A DNA stretch of 59,543 nucleotides, counting the filler, from Trypethelium eluteriae (Eukaryota): the NCBI GenBank assembly GCA_051942245.1. It is 3 parts of 3 records of this genome, joined end to end, with 100 filler letters (N's around TTAATTAATTAA, not from the genome) between each part and the next. Parts side by side here need not be neighbours in the genome. Positions count along the whole stretch, not along the records: positions 1 to 19,830 come from JAVECL010000514.1; positions 19,931 to 39,706 come from JAVECL010000517.1; 1 more part is not named here. The stretch is one strand, 5' to 3'. Positions 13,535 through 23,839 of this stretch are shown here, one piece after another. Both the position numbers and the translations under genes were made by a program. Numbering within the stretch: position 1 is the first letter of the stretch; every line of letters starts with the position of its first letter. The notes beneath the pieces were generated by a model that did not search any database, was not told where the DNA came from, and was given only the letters and a program-made list of their open reading frames with translations.

Positions 13535-14323
13535 TCTGTGATACGCGGTCCTATGTTCACAAGGCCTGCGGCAAAAGATCACAGGATTAATTATAGCGCG
13601 TGTGCGTTATCGATAGGAAAAACTGGATGGAGCTTTGACATTACTTGAAATTACCAAAGCGAACTAGCGCACATTCGGTACTTGACGACTTTAGTGTTTC
13701 AGGAGCTGAAGGGTGCAGAGGCATGTGAAACGCAGCTGATACCCCTGCAGTGCATCTACCGATTATTCCCGAAGTCTGGATGAGACAGCTTCGCGGAAGC
13801 GGCAAGAGTATGTTGAGGCTAGCATCATAGATAATCACTGGTTTGAATCGTATCACGTGGGAATCTTTTCTAAAAGGGAGACAGCGTTACTGTATCTACA
13901 CAATCGAGCAGCATGGACAGCATTAGCAGTAGAAGTGAGGGTGAGAAGCAGAGCTAGAAAGCTACAACGGCCACTTCCAGCACCACCACGAAGGACTCCC
14001 GAGAAGAAAAACAGTCCTCTCCTTGGTTTTGCGTTGCCACAGACAAGGACACCTTGAGGTGTAGGAAAGATTCAATGGCGAACATCCAAAAAAAAAAAAA
14101 AACAAAACGGATTAACTCGAGCTGCGCGCATGTCATCCAACGCCAAACGGTCTTATATAGTAGTACTAGGCAAGCAGTGAAATGGATGATATCGCTCCAG
14201 AGAGTCGGGTTGTGGGAATGAGATGGCTATGACGATTCTCGAATCCACTGCAGATGCTGAGACTGGGGCAGCGAATATGACCGTCAAGATGCTTCTAAAC
14301 GCCGCGGCATGCTTGTGTGTAAT

Positions 14324-15225
14324 TTAAAGGATCCGGCATTTTGACTTCTTAGCCTTGGGCGGCGGTCGAGGACTCAACACGGCTCTGAAATAATCGTTAG
14401 CACATCTACCATGAAGCGCGCAATGAGGAACGGACCGAATAGCCTCATCAAAAACACTTTTGAGATTCCGCTGAGTCAAGGCAGAACACTCCAAGTATTT
14501 TTGTGCCTTAATCTCCTTTGCACATTGTACCGCTGTCTCATATTGAATGGGAGCCATCTTCTTCTGACGGAGACTCTCCTTAGTCGCATCGTCGTCCCGC
14601 AAATCCAGCTTGGTACCAACAAGGATAATGGGAACATTTGGCGCGTGATGTTCAATCTCGGGATACCACTACAATCATTATATCAGCCTATGACTCGAAG
14701 GCGCGGCGCCAATTTTTTCTTCCTTTCGAAGTTACCGACTCACCTTAGCCTTCACGTTATCAAAGGATGGCGGGCTGACAATCGAAAAGCATATTAAAAA
14801 CACATCTGTCTGAGGGTACGATAGGGGTCGAAGCCTGTCGTAATCCTCCTGACCTGCGGTATCCCACAATCCCAAGCTTATCGGCTTGCCATCGACCATC
14901 ACCGACGCGGAGTAATTATCGAAACTATGATGTTTTAGCCGTCAATTGGATGCGCTATAGATCGATAGGTATTACACTGTGGGTATATATTCGCCAGGGA
15001 AGGCATTGGTAGTGTATGAGATAAGGAGACACGTCTGTTCGCGTAATTAGAACTGCTTCCTGGATGTCAAATGGGACTTGCTCACCTTGCCGACGGCACC
15101 GTCTCCAGTGACCACGCACTGAGTTGTTTTCGTCAGCTCCGAACTTGCAGTTGCCCCTGGTCGTACCCCGACTACAATGTTGGTGGGTTTACCTTCAGTG
15201 ACTGCGTTGCTGGTGCTGCAGCCAT
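14324..15225 (-). CDS. RAC1: Rac-family Rho GTPase, multi-intron
   Basis: Spliced product [46 protein letters not shown]...[21 protein letters not shown]...[10 protein letters not shown], ending in a CAAX box. Confidence 0.96.
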
Positions 15226-16060
15226 TTCGACTGTTGGCACGGATCCACTACCGGATCGTGACTCTCAAAGTCTTATAGGAAATGCTACCGTTACCCGGTG
15301 TAGCTTTATACTTTATCCGACCAGCAGAAGGTTTGAGATGCGTCCTTCAACCGGCGAAGCAGGGGGTGTTTGAAGTCCTGGGTGCGGGTATCGAGTTGTC
15401 GTTGCTCCCTCGGCTGACACTACCGCACGCCGCTCTGGACACTAGCGATTAGAAAAGGGTCTATAGTATGTAGAGACAAAGGTTCAAGCCAGCTTGAGTA
15501 GCAGAGACGAAGTTTGGTATCTTGATGAAAGAGGAAGCTGCGGCACTGCTTGAGGTTGGCTAGTAGTGGGGAGTGTCACAGCTTCTCCCACTGTAAAACC
15601 AACAGTGAACTGAACCCTGGCCTGCAGGCGCCTCGGGCAGAGATACCGCCGACTTCTCCTCAACCACTCATCCCGTTCTCCACCATGTGTCTGAGGGTAT
15701 GCGCGCGCTCGTTACATGCTTCGCGGTCACATTTCCCTATCCGTCCATTTCTCCTTCTTCCCGGATTGGATTACGCACTCAAGCGCGGAGGGAACCCTTC
15801 TGGACCTCTGGTCTCATGCTCATCCCTCCTAGCTTCGCCGGGTCTCATGTGTCTCTATTGAACTATCTACGATCTCAAACATACATAGAGGCATCAATGT
15901 TAATTGCAAGATGATTACAGCGGTCTACACGTGGTTGGATTACGACATCCGCTTCGGGCCGTAATCTGTAAGCAATACGTTGGTGGAATCTGGCCTGAAC
16001 GCAACATCGCAGCAGCGGCTGACATCTCGTATCGATCGGTATCATGGCGGTCGGCTGAAA

Positions 16061-17063
16061 TTAAAAGAAGAGTAAGCTGATTCGCCCCTCCACAGAACTG
16101 TACCGGGATTTCAGCTCTTTTCGTAAGAGCAGCTGCGTGAGAGGAATCTCGGTCTCTTTCATATCGAAGATTCCTCTCTTCTTCTGGTTGATATGCGAAG
16201 CATCAATCACGATCCTCTCTAGATTCTTTGAAGATAACGCTCCTGGAAATAGTAAGTGGACTGAGTCAGTGATCAGCTTTGATATGGCCCTTACCGTTGT
16301 CCAGAAGGTCAATGAGACGCTGAGGGGTCCCAATGCCGATTCCGATTCTGGTCGTCTATAAGTCAGAGATCATTTGGCGGTTGAAAGTCAAGTTAACTCT
16401 ACCTGGACTTCTTGACCATGTCTACAGCTTCTTTAAATTTGATATGTTTCGCAAAAAGCTTGGCTACCATGGCATCCTTGCTCTGGAACTTGCGTAAAGA
16501 TCTGCGAACAGGTTAGCACTCACATAGGAAACAGCATAAAAACAAGATACCTGGCTAGGTCCGCGGCCCGAAGACCAGCTGCAGTCACGACGATAGTATG
16601 TGGGTGTCCACATGACTCGGGAGCATTAGAAAGTCGAGTCACGGCGTCTGGTCCATCTGTAAAGTGTTCAAGATACTGTGGAAGGGTGTCTGACGTGCGC
16701 GGAAAGCTCCAATCCGATGTATCACGAACAGCGCGTTCTAACAGTCGTCCGCGTTAGCCAATGCGAAAACCATAGATGGTCAGTCGCAGATGAAAAAACC
16801 AAAGTACCTGAAATGTATCGATCTTCAAGCTCAATTGAAGTAAGGTCTGGCTCAAACCGCCTTATACTTTGGGCTACATAATCCGCGAGTAGACTGCTAT
16901 CCATGTGCCCTATAGCTTCGTTGACACCAGCTGAAGCATCCAGATTCAAGTCTCCTGCTAGAGAGGACTTCGGTTTCTGCTTGCGTTTCATCGCACGCTT
17001 TTTTGAGACTGCTTGCTCTGTTTCACGCTTGCGCTTGCCAAGCGCCTCGGAAAAGTCTGCCAT
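16061..17063 (-). CDS. CMS1: Cms1/CMSS1 90S pre-ribosome-associated protein, 3 introns
   Basis: AQSIRRFEPDLTSIELED, VVTAAGLRAADLAR, KLFAKHIK, IGIGTPQRL, IDASHINQKKRGIFDMKET. Confidence 0.88.
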
Positions 17064-17270
17064 GTCCGACACCCGCTGGAGGTCCTTAGGCTATCGGTGC
17101 CAGTAACTTGGAATGTGTCAAAATCTGATAGTCGAAAGCCTGGATTACCTTGTGCGAACCTCTTTGCATGAGTGAAAACGAGTCCGCATCGGTAGCGCTG
17201 CCGTTGCACAAGGTGAGCAATTAAGGTTATCGATATCGGTAGGTGGTTCGGACAAGGGTATCCTTGTTTG

Positions 17271-17276
17271 ACGCGT
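17271..17276. promoter_or_regulatory. MCB-like cell-cycle box (ACGCGT) upstream of CENP-T
   Basis: ACGCGT lies about 90 bp upstream of the ATG of a kinetochore gene, with a second ACGCGA at about 17292. Confidence 0.4.
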
Positions 17277-17363
17277 CCGACAATAGAAACAACGCGACTT
17301 CGATTACCAACTCAATCAGCTACCGTGTACACTTGATCCATTGAAAGTATTACCACTTCAATC

Positions 17364-19243
17364 ATGTCAGAATCGCAGACAAAGCGCCCTCGTATTACTC
17401 CAAGAAATTCGTCCGCGAACGGTGACCCCCAAAACGACGAGACTCCCTACTCTAACGTATTTGAACACAAGCTTCGATTCCAGTAAACACAGACTGATAC
17501 ATACTGCAGCTACGACAACTTGCAGGACTTATCCGACAAAACTCGACGACTCCTTTGCGACGCCCTCAAGCTTCAGGAACGCTCTCAGCAAGTAAAGTCG
17601 CGAAAAAGACGCCTACGGCGGTCTCCAGGACGCCAGCAATTCGGCGCAATGACAGAGCTCGTCGAGAAGCGCCAACGACTCCACGTGCAATCCCCGCATT
17701 CGGACGTCATCGCCATGCAATTGCGACGCCAAGTGATCGAAGACGGAGTGGAAGATTGCAAAGGGAGACACCGAGGGATGTTTTACGACCACTTAGCAAG
17801 TGTATGGCTCCTATCTATTTTCTAGAGCGTTTTCGGTCAGGCTGACTAGTATATAAGTGCTGTCACGGAATACTCAACCCATTGAACCGTCTCCGCAAGC
17901 TGAATCGACAAAACCGTCGGCCGTCGACGACGACTGGATTGATGACCCAGATCTGCCGGCACCACGCTTATCTATGCCCCTCAACGAGCTCGAAGACGAT
18001 GACAGCTTTCATATAGATCCCCCTCAAATGTCTTCGCAATTTGAGGACGACGACAACATAACAGCGCAGTCTTTTGAAGGACCTCGGCGTGCATTTGCCG
18101 AGATGGGCAACTCGAGACTGTCTCGAGGAAGTCTGGGTGGCCTTCGGATTAGCGATCAATTTGGAGATCTGAAGAATGCAATGGACGTCTCGGAGTTCGA
18201 TGAGAATGTGAGAGAGGACAACGATGTTACAGACACCATTCCGAGGCTCGGGCTTGACGATGGGACTTTGACACTCAACGCAGAGTATGTAACCGTGCTG
18301 CTGTTGAGGTTAAGGTTCACGCTAATGACGAGCAGAGAAAGCACGCAAGAGATGCGAGCATTGTTAGATGTCGCCTCTCGACGACAATCTCGCCTTAGCG
18401 ATGCTACCCCGTATGACCTAGCAAATGAAGAGCTAGACCCAACGTTTCTCTTTGCACTTCCTGAAGCTCAGGAAGCAAACTTGGTCGTACAGGGTGCGCC
18501 TGTTGCAAGTTCTAGATCCCCAAGTGATGATGCTCCAATCGAGGACGATACACCTACTGCAGATGATGCTCCCGTTGCGGAAGCCCTTGGAGACAGTGAG
18601 CCTATGGGCAACTTCAACTCAGACGAAGACGAGATAGAAGAACCCGAAGAATATTCCGACCACGAATCGTTGGATGCAGTTAATGAAGCTGCTCTACTTG
18701 GCGGCACACTGGCTGCAGCACCAATGGCTGGGCTGGCAAAGAAGCCGGCAATGAAGCCGCGAAAGAGACGAGAAATCAAGGTGTCCCGGCACGGGACAGA
18801 ATATCCTTCTCTACCGTCCAGCGTCGTTAAACGAGTGGCGTCAGGCTTTACCCGGGCCAATGGCGGCGGGATCAGAAACCTCAGTCGCGAAATGGTAGCT
18901 GCACTGTCACAAGCCACGGAATGGTTCTTCGAGCAAGTGTCGGAGGATTTGGCCTCGTATTCGGAGCACGGGGGTCGTAAGACCATCGATGAAGCAGACG
19001 TTATGACGTTGATGAGGCGGTAAGTGTATAGCGCTAATTGGTCTATCTTGGATGACAAATATACTAACTCTAGCGCTGTGATACAGGCAACGTCTGCTCA
19101 ATACCAATACGACTGCGTTCTCGCTGGCTCAGAAAAATTTGCCACGAGAGCTTCTACAAGCCATACGATTTGGTCCTTCGGTCAAGTCGAAGCGAAGAAA
19201 GAGGGCACGGCTGGATACAATCCGGGAAGAGGACGAGGAGTAG
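17364..19243 (+). CDS. Centromere protein CENP-T/Cnp20 (C-terminal histone fold), multi-intron
   Basis: Disordered N-terminal region with TPR motifs; C-terminal SRHGTEYPSLP...ATEWFFEQVSEDLASYSEHGGRKTIDEADVMTLMRRQR...FSLAQKNLPRELLQ. Stop TAG at 19241-19243. Confidence 0.88.
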
Positions 19244-19281
19244 ATCAATGAAAGAATATTATTGATCTTATTGAATGGCTT

Positions 19282-19830
19282 TCACCACTCCTTACTATGA
19301 CGCACCCGGCGTGCAATAGACGAGGGCGCTCTACGGATCACCATCCATAGCATCACAGAAGTAGCTAAGGATAACGAGTACCTGCAATAAGGCGCATTAG
19401 CAATGACTTCCGCCCATTTCCGGCCCCAAAAGTATCCAAGCGATCCAGAACTCACTCACCAAGTAAAAATGTACTGCAGATGATTATTCCTCAAATTCAC
19501 CTCCGCCACCCTTCCAATTGGCACGCCTCTGTCCTCCCGATCCATCGCCCTCAGCAAATCGGGCTCCATCGTCTCCTCCACCCACACCGGCCGCGACCCA
19601 GTCACCTCCGCCATCTCCACCACATCCGGAAAGTAGAACTCCCCCTTCTCCGGCCGATTCGTCGGCGTAAACATATTCCGCTGCCACGGCTCCCGCAGCA
19701 GGCCCTGCACCACCACCTCTCCCTGCGGCAGCGCATCCTCGCCCTTTCTCGCCCGCTGCTCCTTCTTCTCCCGCGAGATCCAGCCCCGATTCACCAGTAT
19801 CGTCTCGCCACCCCGCTGCATTTCGTCCCC
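19282..19830 (-). CDS. SHY1: SURF1/Shy1 cytochrome c oxidase assembly factor, 3' part (5' part lost in the gap)
   Basis: ILVNRGWI, NMFTPTN, LRNNHLQYIFTW|YSLSLATSVMLW...SKEW*. Confidence 0.93.
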
Positions 19831-19930
19831 NNNNNNNNNNNNNNNNNNNNNNNNNNNNNNNNNNNNNNNNNNNNTTAATTAATTAANNNNNNNNNNNNNN
19901 NNNNNNNNNNNNNNNNNNNNNNNNNNNNNN
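19831..19930. other. Artificial scaffold spacer (44 N + TTAATTAATTAA + 44 N)
   Basis: Exactly 100 nt with a central 12-mer that places stops in all six frames; same structure as 39707-39806. Confidence 0.97.
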
Positions 19931-20761
19931 GTTTTTCCGCGTCTGCTGCTGCAATTGCCGACCGAAAATTCTCAGAATCCGTGGAGTTATTAGTGTGCGA
20001 AGGCATGATCAAATCGAGGTTTTTGGTGGGCGAGTGGTGGGCGCGGGCGAGAGGCGGGAGAGACCTCTACAACACAAAAAAAGCCCTGCCCGCGCTTTCA
20101 CCAATGCTTGATCACCACGCCAGACAAGTGCTTTATTCCTCGGCGCTTCGCGTCCTCCTGGCCTAAAAAAAAAGGGCTCTTCCCGGACGAGCTCACAGCC
20201 ATAACGGGAAATATTAAAGGACAAAGTGACCTTATATAAAATCCCTTTCTGCTTTTGGACGTGTTCAAAGCTAAAAGACCTCAACAGGGATGACGAGGGT
20301 GTAAATTAGATCCAAATCAGCTATCATCCAGCCCAATTCAGCATATATCAAGCCTAATTAGCCAGATATGGATATCATGCAGATAATTATGCTATCAAAT
20401 CCATATTTAGCTTTATGCATCCATTATTCTATGCGGCTATGCTTCCGACCCCTGCCTACAAGGATATTCTAGCATGAACTCATGGAGTCCTGCGCGTGAG
20501 AATACTTGGTATACAGTACTCTATGGTCAGTGCATAACACCCCAGCCACTGCCACAGTGCCACTCCAGCCTGCAGGAGAAGGGCGTGAGGGGATAAGCCT
20601 CCCGCTCCCATCCTCTTCCTAGCAATGAAAGCCTGTACGCTCATCTTCACCGTCATCAAGTTATCATTCTACGCCGCCAAAGCAGCTTCTCTGGCTCATT
20701 CCCAGCCCCTCAAATACTGTTAGGCAGTAGTGTCGTAAAAATCCTTTGCTCCAAGTTCCCA

Positions 20762-21367
20762 ATGAATTCCAAGGAAGGGTACGCATTAGCGGGTCCCTTG
20801 TTGGTGGCTTCCTTTCACTCAGAATTTTGTTCATAGCGACGAGCAAACATTGAAGTCCATTCTTCAGAATGAAGACAAGGGGGTGACTGCAATCAATACA
20901 CCTAATGAGGTGGGTGATCTTACTATGAATCTAAAACGCAGCGTGCTTAGCTTTTTTCAGGGCGTCAACTCGCACTCCGAGGACATCCTCCGCTCACAAA
21001 TTACCAGAAAGGATGGATTAGAACGTAATACTTCAAGCGATGGCAGCCACGTCTCTGCTTCTCAAGATGAAGAGTCGTCGAGGATACGCATCGACTCGTC
21101 CGAAAATGTAAAAGTCTCTTATCACATGGGTTGGAATGCAGTGAGCTTAAAGATATTTAGGTCTCCAAGTTTCGACCAGGAGATGTTGTCTATGTGCGAA
21201 TCTCCGAGACAGGTCGCTTCGAGGATGGGCCATATAAAATTGCTTATGTGCCTAGCGCGAGTAGATACGTGCTTTGTCTATCCGATGGCCAGACGGCCAA
21301 GGACGGGGTCATATTCGACGAGAAGGACTTGCATCGAGCAGAGGGTACACAAACGGAGCTAAGGTAG
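20762..21367 (+). CDS. Small (about 147 aa) spliced protein with a disordered N-terminus and a C-terminal SH3/KOW-like beta domain; candidate partner of the protease pair
   Basis: ATG at 20762. Introns 20779-20836 (GTACGC..CATAG), probably 20910-20960 (GTGGGT..TTTCAG, in frame), and 21108-21160 (GTAAAA..TTTAG). The last exon reads VSKFRPGDVVYVRISETGRFEDGPYKIAYVPSASRYVLCLSDGQTAKDGVIFDEKDLHRAEGTQTELR*. All splice phases are consistent. Confidence 0.75.
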
Positions 21368-21445
21368 GGTGGTGCAATGCCATACAAAGCAAGACGTTAA
21401 ATCCGATCTTCTTGCACATTTCTAGGCTCTGGATTACTGCTCAGT

Positions 21446-23410
21446 TCATGCTTCATTGCTTCTCACGGTCCTGACTTTAAAATGCTCCACCTTCCACTGT
21501 GCCACCAAGGGGTCGTACTGTTGCTTGCTCATGCCCCTCTTCGGCCTAATAAGCCTTTCTCTTAACATCGCCGCGTCTTTGCCCATCTCATTCTCAAATT
21601 CGCGTGCAGGCTCACTTAACTTCGGCAGCCAGAACTGCGCGAACAGTGTTGGCCGGCTTGTGACGAAAACCTTAATTGTATCCTCACTCTTGCTGAAGCC
21701 ATCGGTTATTGTAGTCCCGATGTGTAATGTTCTCGACGACTTTCTTGGCATTGTTTTAACTTGCTCTGTATGATAGATATTTTCGACCTCATATTCGTCG
21801 CTGAGAGAAAATATCGAGAGGTAAAGGGGATCGGACGGGGAGGTGTTCAAGACGGATAGTTTTAACTCTTCTTCGTCGTTGTGGTTCGTGAAAGCTTTGT
21901 CATGAAACGAAACCCCGTTTGCGGCTTTCAGAGATATCGAGAAGGATTCAGAAAACTTTGGGTCCGGGTCTGGGTTATGGAGTCGGGAGAAGAAAGTATA
22001 GGTAGCGAGATGGTCAATTTGGGCTGTAAGTTCTGAGAGGAAACTGGCTCCAAACGGTACAATAGGCGGAACGTGCGGCAGTTCGTGATGCTGGCCGTCG
22101 AGAAACTCAATGCGGTCAGAGATCTGCTGCACGGTGATGGCGCAGGATTGATCTTCTTGCAGAGAGGAAATGGGGTACCAGAACTGACGGTCATCTGCGG
22201 TTATGACACCTTGGTTAGCAAGATTGCCTTCTAGGTCGATCCTTACAGGAATTTTATGTAGTGAGCCTCGCTTGACTACTTTGGCTTTCCAACCTGTCTT
22301 GATTGGCCGAGATGTTCGGCTTTCAGCGCCCTTGATATTTAGTGTTGAGTTGAGACCCCTGACCTCCGTTACCATAGCCCTGATTTCTGGGGTTTCTTCG
22401 AAGTTCTGGCCGCTTTCCAGCGAACTTGGCGGATGAACGGTATACTCATCGTCCAATTCTACCCCATGAGCAGCTCCTGCTTCCAGGTAGATACCCCCGT
22501 CTGTACTGAAAACGCAGACAGACGAGAGGTCGGGCTTCCACATAAGCCTCCCGAAAAAGGATGCTCTGTGATTTCCAAAAAACTTAGGTTTCTGTCGTGG
22601 GTATTTCTCGTCAAACTGGCTAACAATATCTTGAAATAGGGAATAAAAACTGATATTTGTGCTGTGAGATCTGAGCGCGGTATCGAGCATAAACGAGAGG
22701 GCTCCGTGAACTTTCCTGTCCTCGAATGAGTCCTCTCCAGCCTCTTCATGAACGTCGCAAGCCGTGATGATTGCGTATTTCTCAGGATGGAGGAGCCCTC
22801 TCTCCCTCACCTGGGCGCCCCGTAAGATTTCGGAACTATTAAGGGAACTAGACATGCTATCTCGACTTGAAGTATTAATGCCACCATCCTTTGATCTTGT
22901 TCGTATCCTAAAGTCTTTATAGTCTTTTCGCCGGACACTCCCGGAGAAACAACAGTCTAATACTAAGGTAACCACAAGTCCCTTGTCTCCCATAGCTTTC
23001 AAGCGATGCACTAGGTCTGATCCAAGAAGACGGGCGCTTTGGTTGGAATCGTGCTCATATAAATCGAGAGCCAACTCGCGAACCTCTTCATTGCTAGATT
23101 GAGATAAAACCGGTGTCGACACACCATGTCCAGAATAATGAATATGGACGAAGTCTCCTGTTTGGGCTTTGTCAGTCGTTCTTTCCAATGCTGATATCAG
23201 GTTCCCCCGAGTCGGTAATAAAAATTGATCTGCTGAAGCAAGGTCCATTGGTGCGGTCAAGACTTTGATATCAACAGATTTGTAGTGTGATTCCAGATAA
23301 GCTTTCATAACGTTCACGTCCCGCACAGCACCTCGCAGGGGCTGATCTTTGTAAAAGTCCACTCCAACAAGAAGCGCCCAGAGTCGATTCCTACTCTTTG
23401 CGTCTTCCAT
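21446..23410 (-). CDS. Multidomain caspase-family (Peptidase C14) protease, 654 aa, intronless
   Basis: WALLVGVDFY..LRGAVRDV, HYSGHG (catalytic His codon 23126-23128), LVLDCCFSG (catalytic Cys codon 22952-22954), AIITAC..EEAGE, HGALS, QKP. These are followed by LEAGAAHGV and a C-terminal beta-rich domain. Confidence 0.93.
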   Translation of the reverse strand: MEDAKSRNRLWALLVGVDFYKDQPLRGAVRDVNVMKAYLESHYKSVDIKVLTAPMDLASADQFLLPTRGNLISALERTTDKAQTGDFVHIHYSGHGVSTPVLSQSSNEEVRELALDLYEHDSNQSARLLGSDLVHRLKAMGDKGLVVTLVLDCCFSGSVRRKDYKDFRIRTRSKDGGINTSSRDSMSSSLNSSEILRGAQVRERGLLHPEKYAIITACDVHEEAGEDSFEDRKVHGALSFMLDTALRSHSTNISFYSLFQDIVSQFDEKYPRQKPKFFGNHRASFFGRLMWKPDLSSVCVFSTDGGIYLEAGAAHGVELDDEYTVHPPSSLESGQNFEETPEIRAMVTEVRGLNSTLNIKGAESRTSRPIKTGWKAKVVKRGSLHKIPVRIDLEGNLANQGVITADDRQFWYPISSLQEDQSCAITVQQISDRIEFLDGQHHELPHVPPIVPFGASFLSELTAQIDHLATYTFFSRLHNPDPDPKFSESFSISLKAANGVSFHDKAFTNHNDEEELKLSVLNTSPSDPLYLSIFSLSDEYEVENIYHTEQVKTMPRKSSRTLHIGTTITDGFSKSEDTIKVFVTSRPTLFAQFWLPKLSEPAREFENEMGKDAAMLRERLIRPKRGMSKQQYDPLVAQWKVEHFKVRTVRSNEA

Positions 23411-23839
23411 CGTCGTTCGAGAACTTTGCTAATTAGCATTTGACACTCACAATAAACATCTGTGTTCGAAAGACCTGTTCCAAGAATTCTTGGGAAAGCA
23501 AAGCCCGGGAATGCTCCATGAAACTTGAAGTGACACAAGAAAACAGGAAACAACGATGATCTATGCAAACCGACGTCATGCCTCGTACGTAAATTACTGA
23601 CTGCACGTCACGCAATAGTCTTGCTTTCTTCATTACACTTACGGCGAGTATTCAGTAGTTGACAAGAAAAGTCAACACCTCTTTGGTTTCCCATGTTTTA
23701 TCAAAGAAGTTTTGGGCAGACGATGTGATCAAAGTGCTGGACGATAAAGTCTGCGCTCGAATACGTTACTTCATTTCGCAATATAAATCCAACGCAGGCT
23801 TGCACGGAACAGTCGAAGTTTGGCAGAGTCTCGGTCAAA

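Noticed and set aside
19875..19886. TTAATTAATTAA palindrome (also 39751-39762) as a piggyBac target or regulatory site
   Set aside because: It is centred within N runs in both gaps, so it is an assembly linker.
20850..21362. 170-aa ORF considered as a gasdermin/RCD-1-like effector next to the proteases
   Set aside because: It starts at TTG and has no gasdermin-like motifs that I can recognise. Its 3' half is the wrong frame of the spliced gene 20762-21367.
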